A DNA stretch of 64,000 bases from Candidatus Heteroclostridium caecigallinarum (GTDB lineage: Bacteria > Bacillota > Clostridia > Christensenellales > CAG-314). Position numbers and translations under genes: made by a program. Positions 37,555 to 45,778 of this stretch are shown here, piece after piece. The stretch is taken from contig CAJFSP010000001.1 of assembly GCA_904419725.1 (NCBI GenBank), positions 193,814-257,813 on the forward strand, read 5' to 3'. The notes beneath the pieces were generated by a model that was not told the origin of the DNA, searched no databases, and saw only the letters and a program-made list of their open reading frames with translations. The number at the start of each line of letters is the position of its first letter. Positions within the stretch are counted from its first letter, which is position 1.

Positions 37555-40500
37555 TCACCTCACTTCAATCCTGTTAGCACCCGCCAGACTTTCGCCCAAA
37601 CGGCTATCGTTCCCTGAATCATAATTACCGGACACATATCCGCCGGAACATACCGCCGTATGGCTGCTCGCGATAATTTCGTTAACTGTAATTTCGGCTC
37701 CGACGCCGTCCCATGTAGATATTGCGTTTCTGCTACAAGAAGCGCCGATAGCCCCGTTTATATAGTAAGGATATAAGTTTTGCCCAAAAATAGTAGTACC
37801 ATAGTGCCGCTCGCTGACGCCGATAAACGTGCCGCCGGAAATCTGTACATTGTGATTGGTAGGCACGGCGTTGAAATACAATCCCGAGCGCGTGCCTTTG
37901 AACTCACCGCCGGAAATGGTAAGGCCGTTTCTTTCAGACGACGCGTGATTATACAATACACCGTTAAATCCGCTGAAATTGCCCCCGCTAATGCTGACGG
38001 CGTTTTCAGTAAGGGCAGCGTCCAACATCAAACCGGAAGACCGTGAATCCGTTGTCCCCGTGCCCGTAAACGTGCCGTTTGTAATAGTGAGTTCAACGCG
38101 TCCTTCGCCGTACCAAACGCCATTGCCGTAATCAGTGTCTTTGCTGCTGAACGTGCCGCCGTTGATTGTGACGGAAGAACCCGCGTCACCGCGGTATTCG
38201 ACAGTCATGCCCGCTTCCGCACCGGTGACAGTAATATCGCCACCCGCGCCGTCTTCACCGCCGCGAGGAGTAAACGTAACGTCAACATATTCAAACACCG
38301 AAAAAGCCGCCTGACCTTTTACATCAAATGTCCCGCCGTAAATATTGGCTTTCGCCTGATTGGTCGAAGTACCCATGACAAACGCACCGCTGCCGCTTGA
38401 GCCTTTGCCGAAAGTGCCGCCGTAAATGTTGGCTGTGCCGCCGTACATTTTGAAGGCGTATGACGCGGCGGGACCGGCAAGCAGTCCGTTTTTTTGGGAA
38501 CTATAGTTATCGTTGCCGTCAAAGTTTCCGCCCCATATATTAGCGGTGCCGTCGCGGACAAGAATACCTTCACCTTGCGCCGCCGAATAAGTACCGTTAT
38601 ATACCGTCAGCGTTCCGCCGCTGACTTCAATCGCGTGGCCGCCGGTTCTGCTGAGCCTGTAATTCCAGTTATCGCCGTTTGCCTGCTGCTCATAAAATGT
38701 GTTAAATAACATATCGCCTGTGGTCGTGATTGTAATATCGGAAGGTGAGTTCGTACTTCCATTTCCCATGTAAACGTCGCCGCCGGAAACATAAAGACCG
38801 CCGCCACTGGTATTGCTAATATCACTCTTAAAAATAGTGACTTTCGTGTCAATACCATCCGTACCTTCAACACGCACGGCAAAACTTCTTATCTCATAGT
38901 TGCGATATCTCTCGTTTTCGTCATAATCCCCCTGATTCTCAATATTCGCCACGCCGGTATGATTTACGTTGAACGTGCCGTTTGCCGTCAGCGAGCCGCC
39001 CTGAATATACACGCCGTTGTATATGTTGACATTAGCGTTGCCGCCCGCCTGATTGCCTTCTTCGTCGGGAGGAGTCACCCAGCCATAAGCTTCGTTTATA
39101 GTGCTGGTGATCTCCGCCGTTGTTTCTTCATTTATCGTCAGATTGCCGCCGTTGATGTAAATCGCCGTGCCGTTTTTCGACGTGAGCGTGAACTCTGTCG
39201 TCGAAATATTTATACTGGCGCCGCTTCTGGCGGTGATGCCGAGACCGTCAGTCGTTATGGTCGCGCTGCCGCCCGCAATGGAAATGTCGCCCCCCTCGGA
39301 ACTGATTGCCGCGCTTGACAGAAGATTATCCGTCATCCCTACAATAGTACTATTATATTCGCCGTCAACGCTGATATTTCCGCCATATGCCAATATACCG
39401 GCGGAATACGTTCCGTTGACGTCTATCACGGTTGAGCCGCAGCAGTCGACCGTGCCGCCTGCGGAGTAAATGCCGCGGGCATAACTGCCGACCATGTCAA
39501 ACAAGCAATTTGTCGCCTTTATCGTGCCGCCGCCCGAATATATGCCGTAAATACTGTTATAATTGCCGCCCTGACCGACATTGAAAACCGTGTCGGAAAC
39601 TGTCACCGAGCCTGCCGCGCCGCCTGACGTTTCCGATGAAATGCCGCGTGTGGAAGAGCCTGCGATTGTGAAAATTATTTTATTTTGCGCGCTGCCCGTG
39701 ACAGACAGCGTGCCGCCGCTGACGGAAATGCCGTTCATATAATTTCCGGTCAGGTTAAATCCGATAGCCGACGACGTGGAAGAGACGTACAGTTCGCCGC
39801 CGGTCATGGATATCGCCGAACCGTTGTCCTGCGAAGAAGCAAACTCCGCCGTTATTTTCTTTGTAAACGACACGTCGCCCGACACACGCATAAGCCCGCC
39901 CGACACCGCTATCGTGTCGCCCGTCTGCGAGTAAAAATCACCGCTGGCGACGCGCAGATATTCATCCTCCGAAACAGAGCCGTAAGAAATGCTCACGCAT
40001 TTACCCGCGCCGTGCGCCTGAAAACTGCCGACGCCGTTTTCAACCGCCATGTATCCGCCCGTGGCGTATACGCAGTAAGTACTGTCATTGCCGAAATATG
40101 AAACGTAATCGCCGCCGCGCACATACAGGTTGCCGCTGTTCATCTGAATGGCGGCGTACGTCGCCGCGCTTTGGGCGGCGCTCATGACGCCGTTGTAGCC
40201 GTAAACGGTAACCTCAATCTCTTCCGCTCCGCTGCTTTCAGCTGCGGAGTACACCACGCCCGAGCCGTCAAAAGAACGGTAAAGAGTGTAGGTATAATAA
40301 AAATCCGCGCTGCCGTTGTCCGCCGCTATCAGCGAGTTGGAAACGCTGTCGTCCGACACGGTAAAATAGAGATAAGCGTCCTTTGAAATCCCTATTGATG
40401 ACGCGTCGGCGTCGAAATAGAAATTGCCGTTTACGCTGTGCTGCGGCGTGCCTCCGTCTGACGGCGCGCTACCCACATTGGTTACCGCGGGAATAATGAC

Positions 40501-41151
40501 AGGCATATTTTCTTGCCGTTCGGTATATCCGCCGTCGTTTTTTTCATAATACGCCACGCTTGCCGTACCGTTTATTTCGGCGCCCGCTTTATTGCGCCAA
40601 ACGCCGTCTGTCTGATAAGCGTATTCGGAAGAATAGACAGCCGAGTCGCCGGCGAGGTTTTCGCCGTCTCTCGGGCCGCTTTCAAACAGCCCTGCCGCCA
40701 CAGTCAGCGTGCCGCCGCTTATGCGCAGAACGCTGCCGACAGGGTTATAAAAACTGCCGGTCTGCTTTTCCGACGTGTCGATAATAGTGAGTCTGACGCC
40801 TTCCGTCACGTTGAGCATAGGCTCCCTGTTGTTTCGCTGCAATTCATGGCCGTTGAGGTCTATCGTCAAATCGGAATTGACATCGGACACACTGCCGGTG
40901 ATGATAAGCGGATTGTCGACGTCGTCAGACACTTTGATATTGCTGTAACCGTTTTCGATTGCGGAGAAAAACTCGTCAACCGAGTGGATTTCAACCTGTT
41001 CAGAGACGATATATTCCAGACTGCCGGAATATTCGCTGCCAGAGGTCAACTCTTTTGAATATCTGCCCTGCGTCAGCGAAACGCTCATGAGCGTGACAAT
41101 AAGCAGAGATATCAGCGCGCAAAGCGCGGCGTTTCTTTTTCCGACAGTCAT
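37555..41151 (-). CDS. 1198-aa secreted right-handed beta-helix repeat protein with a SipW-class N-terminal signal
   Basis: The N-terminus is K/R, a hydrophobic helix (AALCALISLLIVTLMSV), then SLTQGRYSKE. More than 20 irregularly spaced GG[TSDEN][LFI]-type rungs follow (ISGGTLTV, VSGGTLSV, INGGNLTI, IYGGTFGK, ISGGNFSG, ISGGTFIG ...). It has no LPXTG, SLH or C-terminal TM. The RBS GAAGGGGGTGG precedes it and its start overlaps the upstream stop as ATGA. Confidence 0.85.
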   Translation of the reverse strand: MTVGKRNAALCALISLLIVTLMSVSLTQGRYSKELTSGSEYSGSLEYIVSEQVEIHSVDEFFSAIENGYSNIKVSDDVDNPLIITGSVSDVNSDLTIDLNGHELQRNNREPMLNVTEGVRLTIIDTSEKQTGSFYNPVGSVLRISGGTLTVAAGLFESGPRDGENLAGDSAVYSSEYAYQTDGVWRNKAGAEINGTASVAYYEKNDGGYTERQENMPVIIPAVTNVGSAPSDGGTPQHSVNGNFYFDADASSIGISKDAYLYFTVSDDSVSNSLIAADNGSADFYYTYTLYRSFDGSGVVYSAAESSGAEEIEVTVYGYNGVMSAAQSAATYAAIQMNSGNLYVRGGDYVSYFGNDSTYCVYATGGYMAVENGVGSFQAHGAGKCVSISYGSVSEDEYLRVASGDFYSQTGDTIAVSGGLMRVSGDVSFTKKITAEFASSQDNGSAISMTGGELYVSSTSSAIGFNLTGNYMNGISVSGGTLSVTGSAQNKIIFTIAGSSTRGISSETSGGAAGSVTVSDTVFNVGQGGNYNSIYGIYSGGGTIKATNCLFDMVGSYARGIYSAGGTVDCCGSTVIDVNGTYSAGILAYGGNISVDGEYNSTIVGMTDNLLSSAAISSEGGDISIAGGSATITTDGLGITARSGASINISTTEFTLTSKNGTAIYINGGNLTINEETTAEITSTINEAYGWVTPPDEEGNQAGGNANVNIYNGVYIQGGSLTANGTFNVNHTGVANIENQGDYDENERYRNYEIRSFAVRVEGTDGIDTKVTIFKSDISNTSGGGLYVSGGDVYMGNGSTNSPSDITITTTGDMLFNTFYEQQANGDNWNYRLSRTGGHAIEVSGGTLTVYNGTYSAAQGEGILVRDGTANIWGGNFDGNDNYSSQKNGLLAGPAASYAFKMYGGTANIYGGTFGKGSSGSGAFVMGTSTNQAKANIYGGTFDVKGQAAFSVFEYVDVTFTPRGGEDGAGGDITVTGAEAGMTVEYRGDAGSSVTINGGTFSSKDTDYGNGVWYGEGRVELTITNGTFTGTGTTDSRSSGLMLDAALTENAVSISGGNFSGFNGVLYNHASSERNGLTISGGEFKGTRSGLYFNAVPTNHNVQISGGTFIGVSERHYGTTIFGQNLYPYYINGAIGASCSRNAISTWDGVGAEITVNEIIASSHTAVCSGGYVSGNYDSGNDSRLGESLAGANRIEVR

Positions 41152-42671
41152 ACGCCACCCCCTTCACCGCTTTGAGACGCCTGGGTAAACACCACCGTCA
41201 TATCGATGTAATATGTTTTGCTGAGCGAATTGTAAATATTATATACATGCTGCCCGCCTTGTTGCTGATTGTCGTAAGTATCGTAAAACGGGCTGTCCGG
41301 CAATTCCGCGAACGAAATGAAATACACGCCCTCATAACCGCCGTTTATGCCGCCGTTTTCGTTGATATCAAGCGACTGGTAATAGTTCGAGCATATGCCG
41401 AAAACGCCGTCGTTTCCGCCAAGCGACGCGCCACCGAAAGCGTAAGCCGAGCCGTCGCCGCTGAAATAGTTTTCTATTTCATGCACGAAATTCACGGTGG
41501 ATTCGCTTATCGGAGCGACGTGGAAATAACCCGTCGAAACGCTGCCGTCATATTTTCCGTCGGCGCCGACGCCGAAGGTTTTAACGACGCGCACGGTGGT
41601 CGTCGCGTCACGCGTTGTAAATCCGCCGCCGTTAAAAACGTAAGTCGCCGCTTCGGCGTCGAAATGATAACCCAGCACTTTCGCGCCGTTGAAAGTATAA
41701 CAGTCTTCACCTGCAACAGGCGTAAGATAATCGTCGTAATTATCCTTGTTTCCGTCGCTTCGCGAGCCGCCTTCGGTGTACCACTGCTGACCGTAATCTA
41801 TATTGTCGACCTTTTCGGCAAGCGACATATACAAAATCAGGGTCTGTTCTTTGTCACGCGCGGCGGCAAAGTCCAGCAAACCGCCGCCGAGATTGATATC
41901 TATCGTGTAAAAGGTGATTTCTTTTTCAAGGTCAAGATACAACTGCGTCTGCAAATCGCTGTCGTTTTCGCCCCTGCGGAAACCGACGGAATAACTCACC
42001 GTTTCGTTTGAGGCGGAAATGGTTATTCCGTTGCCGCCAGCGCCCGTGGCGGAAACATGCCCGTCTTCCGAAACGGAGCCGTTCACGCTGAGCGTTTCGT
42101 CCGCGGCGCCCGGAACGGAGTTATAATCCACGGACTTTGCCGTTTCGATTGTTCTTTCGCCGGAAGCAGGCTGCCTGACGCCGTTTGTCTCGACGTATTC
42201 GTAAATATTATCGCCGTTGGCGTCCGCCACCTGATAAACCAGGTTGCCGAGCACATATTGCGGAGTAACCGCCGTCTGGGTGTCGCCGTCGTTTACCGCC
42301 ACGACTTGCAGCACCATGTTGTCGGCGAGTTCTCTCGGGATATACAGCCGCAATGTGGCGAGCAGACCCACGTCGCTAATGCGCCGGACGCCGCCGTCGG
42401 CGTTCTTTTCAAAATTGCGCAAAGTAAAACGCACCGTGCGCGCGGTCCCCTGCGCGCCGCCCGATTCCAGCCAGTAGTTGGCGTTGGTGAAAGACGTGGA
42501 AGAAATGTCGTCTATTTCATACGAAGCGATGTAGCGGCTGAGAGTAGACTGCACGTCGCCGCTGGTGCCCGTCGAATAGCGTGAAAAAGTCACGCCTGTG
42601 AACAACACGCTCACGGCGAGCAGATAGCAGAGATATGAAACCAACGGAATTTTTTTAGTTTGTCTTTTCAT
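41148..42671 (-). CDS. 507-aa secreted protein of unknown function with a SipW-class N-terminal signal
   Basis: The N-terminus is MKRQTKK, a hydrophobic helix, then GVTFSRYSTGTSGD. The mature part starts with a TasA-like F-x-L-x-N segment (RTVRFTLRNFEKNADG). It overlaps the signal peptidase gene by 17 nt. Confidence 0.8.
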   Translation of the reverse strand: MKRQTKKIPLVSYLCYLLAVSVLFTGVTFSRYSTGTSGDVQSTLSRYIASYEIDDISSTSFTNANYWLESGGAQGTARTVRFTLRNFEKNADGGVRRISDVGLLATLRLYIPRELADNMVLQVVAVNDGDTQTAVTPQYVLGNLVYQVADANGDNIYEYVETNGVRQPASGERTIETAKSVDYNSVPGAADETLSVNGSVSEDGHVSATGAGGNGITISASNETVSYSVGFRRGENDSDLQTQLYLDLEKEITFYTIDINLGGGLLDFAAARDKEQTLILYMSLAEKVDNIDYGQQWYTEGGSRSDGNKDNYDDYLTPVAGEDCYTFNGAKVLGYHFDAEAATYVFNGGGFTTRDATTTVRVVKTFGVGADGKYDGSVSTGYFHVAPISESTVNFVHEIENYFSGDGSAYAFGGASLGGNDGVFGICSNYYQSLDINENGGINGGYEGVYFISFAELPDSPFYDTYDNQQQGGQHVYNIYNSLSKTYYIDMTVVFTQASQSGEGGGV

Positions 42672-43194
42672 CTTTTCTCTCTTTCTTTTTCACGAGGGAC
42701 GGCAAATCGGCCGCAAGCCATATAAGCGCGCCGCCGCCCAGCACGGCGAAAAACCCCGCCGGACTTTGCAGAAACAGCACGGCGCCTCCAATGCCCCCTA
42801 CGGAAGCCACCACTTTGCCGACAACCGCTTCACGAGGGACGGCAAACAGGTCCTGCCAGTTGTTGGCGTCGCCCTTTGTCGTGTATGTGCCGTCCGCCGT
42901 AAGAATGATTCTGTGGGTGACGTACTCGTTCCTGTCGCTGTCGAAAAACGTAATGACGTCGCCGACAGAATAGGTGTCGCAGGCTTTGGTAACGATAAGG
43001 TCGTTTATTTTAAGTTCGGGTTCCATGCTGCCGGACGTGACCACCGCGAAAGAATACCCGAAAAACGTCGGTCTGTCCTGCCGCAGAATGTATTTCGCGG
43101 CAAGCATCCACGCGTTGTAAACAACAAGGACGGTCATCACAAATATAAGCAGCGCCTTTACGGCGAACCCGACGATTCGAGATGTTTTTCCCAT
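42655..43194 (-). CDS. sipW: signal peptidase I, ER/archaeal (S26B, SipW-like) type
   Basis: 179-aa ORF with the catalytic Ser box VVTSGSMEPE, the His box YVTHRI and TKGDANN. It has N- and C-terminal TM helices. Its start codon abuts the upstream stop (TAAATG). Confidence 0.85.
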   Translation of the reverse strand: MGKTSRIVGFAVKALLIFVMTVLVVYNAWMLAAKYILRQDRPTFFGYSFAVVTSGSMEPELKINDLIVTKACDTYSVGDVITFFDSDRNEYVTHRIILTADGTYTTKGDANNWQDLFAVPREAVVGKVVASVGGIGGAVLFLQSPAGFFAVLGGGALIWLAADLPSLVKKKERKDEKTN

Positions 43195-44694
43195 TTAAGC
43201 GACATAGGCGGAAAAGCCTATGTTGAGCGTGTAAGTCGCCCCGTTTTCGCCCGCGACGGTATCCACGGCGTCATTGTGCGCCCACTTCCATTCAAGTTCA
43301 AACACCGAATCCGAATTGGCTTCGATTGTAAGTCCGCCCGCACCGACGCTCAGCGGCTCTACGCCGACATAATTGCCGTCGGCGCCGACGATATACGCGC
43401 CGTCGCGTTTGAGGCGGTAAGTTATGTCGATGCCGTAATCGTTCGCCTCGGTGAAAGTGAACGAAAACACAAGCGCGTTGTCGTTTCTGTTTTCAAATGT
43501 GAAAGCGTAAGTGCCGTCCTGCCCCGGCGCGATTACCGTGTCGCCGAACACTTCGTTCATAAACACGGGGATGTTTTCCATGTCGTCCCACGACCTGCCG
43601 TCGGCGTCGGCAACAAACAGAGTAGGCGCGTAGTCGCCGCCTGTTGACCTGGTGAGAAAATACGCCCCCAGACAGACGGACAGAGCCGTCATTACGACAA
43701 GCAAAATGATGAGCACCAGCAGCAAAACAGGCGTGCGGCGCAGAGTGGCGACATAAGTATTGCGCATTGAAAGCACGTTGTCATGCCCGTCGAGATAGGC
43801 GCTCTTCACGCCGTCACCGTAAAAATAGACGCTTTCGTCTTCTTCACGGAAATCGCCGAGAGCCTTGTCTTCGGCGTCGTACCACACGCCGCGGCGCACT
43901 TTGCCTATGCGGTTGCCCTCGCCGTCAAACACGATGCCGCGCGCCGGCGCTTTAACCCCCGCCGCCACGGCAGGCTCTGCGGCGGCGGAGTCTTCCGTTT
44001 CTGTATATACAATAGGCGGAACCGCCGCTTCACGCTCAACGTACACCACTTTCGGCGCCGTCTTGCGCGGCTTTTTGAATATGCCCGCCTGGTCTTTCGG
44101 TTCATAGTTTTCATCGGGAACAAAACCGTTAAGCCTCATGACGTCGTCAATAAGACTCACGGCGTTTTTAACCTGTCTGTCCGACGAAAGTTTTATCATC
44201 ATCGGCGTTTTGGCGTAACGCCTGACGTCGCTGTAATCTTTGTGGTGATATTTCTGTTCGCTGTATTCACCAGGGCTGAGCGCCAAAAACAAGCGCAGGT
44301 ATCCGCCCACGATGCAAAGTTTAGCCAACAGTTTTTTGCCGCAGCTGAAAGTTTCGCCCCCTCCTGTTACACGGGCGCGCAGCGGCTTTTTGCGCTTTTC
44401 GGCGGGACGATAACTCAAAAAGGCGTTTTTTATCGCGTCATAACGCCTGCCCGTGATATATCCCGCTTCGCCCATGCGCAGGGCAAATTTGGGAGCCTTG
44501 CCCGTAACGGCGGAAGGCACCGTTGTTTTTTTGTCGGGCGAAAGGTCTTCGCCCTGTTTAGCCGACAAAGTTTCGTACACGGCAAAATCAGCCGACTCCG
44601 TCGGTTTCGTCTGAGTTTCTTCGTTGAATTCCGTCAAATCGGACGGCGCGGTCATCTCTTCCGCCGCCAATTGATTTTGTTCTTTTTCTGCCAT
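43195..44694 (-). CDS. bitopic membrane protein: unknown cytoplasmic domain, one TM helix and a TasA-like ectodomain
   Basis: The start is set at the ATG at 44694 (MAEKEQNQ). The central TM is LLLVLIILLVVMTALSVCLGAYFL. The C-terminal ~130 aa carry VIAPGQDGTYAFTFENRNDNALVF and WKWAHNDAVDTVAGENGATYTL. These match the 228-aa protein (DELDTFAGENVATVSW) and the TasA-type APGD..F.F.N.G motif. Confidence 0.75.
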   Translation of the reverse strand: MAEKEQNQLAAEEMTAPSDLTEFNEETQTKPTESADFAVYETLSAKQGEDLSPDKKTTVPSAVTGKAPKFALRMGEAGYITGRRYDAIKNAFLSYRPAEKRKKPLRARVTGGGETFSCGKKLLAKLCIVGGYLRLFLALSPGEYSEQKYHHKDYSDVRRYAKTPMMIKLSSDRQVKNAVSLIDDVMRLNGFVPDENYEPKDQAGIFKKPRKTAPKVVYVEREAAVPPIVYTETEDSAAAEPAVAAGVKAPARGIVFDGEGNRIGKVRRGVWYDAEDKALGDFREEDESVYFYGDGVKSAYLDGHDNVLSMRNTYVATLRRTPVLLLVLIILLVVMTALSVCLGAYFLTRSTGGDYAPTLFVADADGRSWDDMENIPVFMNEVFGDTVIAPGQDGTYAFTFENRNDNALVFSFTFTEANDYGIDITYRLKRDGAYIVGADGNYVGVEPLSVGAGGLTIEANSDSVFELEWKWAHNDAVDTVAGENGATYTLNIGFSAYVA

Positions 44695-44876
44695 CGGTCT
44701 TACCTTTATCCGCCATGGCGGACACACAATACACACAGTATGCCGTCCTGTGCCCCGCTCCTGTCGGAACGGGGTAGGACGCACAGGGCAACCGCCCCTG
44801 AAAACGCCCTGCCTCCTATGCCACACAACGGCGGCACGGCATTTCACAAAACCGTTTCAAACGGCCGAGTAGTCAG

Positions 44877-45563
44877 TTATGCCGGTATTTCAGATGCCTG
44901 AACGGCGGTATAAGACACATCCCAACTTACAGTGGCGACGTTTTCTCCCGCAAAGGTATCAAGTTCATCCATATCAACGCCGTCGTCACTTGCGCTATAT
45001 TTAGTCGTCCATGTAACAACAGCATAAATGCTGATGGATTCTCCGACACCAAGCTCATCGCCGATTGCGTTACCAGAAGATATGCCGTTATTCAAATAAT
45101 CATTTGTCCAACTGGCCTCACTTCCATAATACAGCGCAATGTCAAACAAACCTTTCACCTGTTCTTCCGTTTTTACTGATGAAGGCTTATCCTGTATGGA
45201 CGCAAAACTATCGCTGTTTTGATATGTAAGCACCAAATTTCCAACAGAAATAGTTATTGAAGCCGCAACATCGCCTTCATTGGTGATGGTCGCTATCAGC
45301 TGAGGAGCAGTGGAATTTGAAACATCAGCTCCCGGTGAATCTTCAAAACTTGACATGCTAGGCGACAGCCCTTCATCAAAAGTAACCGTTATTTCATCGG
45401 CACCAGGACCATTTATTTTCCACGCCGCCACGCCGGTGCTCGCCGAACCGTTGCCGCCGCTTGTGTAGCGCGCAAAGGTACTGCCGAGAAAACAGCAGCT
45501 GATGAGCGTCAGCGCGATAAGAGCGATGAACAGTTTTGCCCCTATACTCTTTCTTTGAGTCAT
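44877..45563 (-). CDS. small secreted TasA/camelysin-like protein (candidate major fibre subunit) with a SipW-class signal
   Basis: 228-aa ORF with a strong RBS (AAAAGGAGG). The N-terminus is MTQRKSIGAK, a hydrophobic helix, then GSTFARYTSGGNGS. This parallels the T-[LF]-A-x-F-[TS]-D type of SipW-dependent signals. Confidence 0.75.
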   Translation of the reverse strand: MTQRKSIGAKLFIALIALTLISCCFLGSTFARYTSGGNGSASTGVAAWKINGPGADEITVTFDEGLSPSMSSFEDSPGADVSNSTAPQLIATITNEGDVAASITISVGNLVLTYQNSDSFASIQDKPSSVKTEEQVKGLFDIALYYGSEASWTNDYLNNGISSGNAIGDELGVGESISIYAVVTWTTKYSASDDGVDMDELDTFAGENVATVSWDVSYTAVQASEIPA

Positions 45564-45738
45564 ATCTTTCCTCCTTTTAGTTTTTTATATGTACGACGAC
45601 CGCGTGTGTGGCACACCGCCGCAATACACCATATTATTCCAAACCGCGCGCGTATGACTTGTCCGCCGAAATTACAGGCGCGGCCTCCGCGTTTTTTCCG
45701 CGCGGGTTTGTTAACGTTTTGTCGAGCATCCGACAATC

Positions 45739-45750
45739 GGGGGGGGGGGG
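45739..45750. repeat. G12 (C12 on the coding strand) homopolymer
   Basis: Twelve consecutive G counted at 45739-45750, in the 215-nt spacer between the upstream sipW-like gene and the tasA-like gene. Confidence 0.95.
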
Positions 45751-45778
45751 TAACAAAAAAAGAAAAACAAAAATCGGG

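Noticed and set aside
44695-44847. 51-codon N-terminal extension of the bitopic protein ORF (MKCRAAVVWHRRQG...)
   Set aside because: It is Arg/Cys/Pro/Trp-rich, with no RBS. The ATG at 44694 follows an AAAGG element and begins a normal acidic N-terminus.
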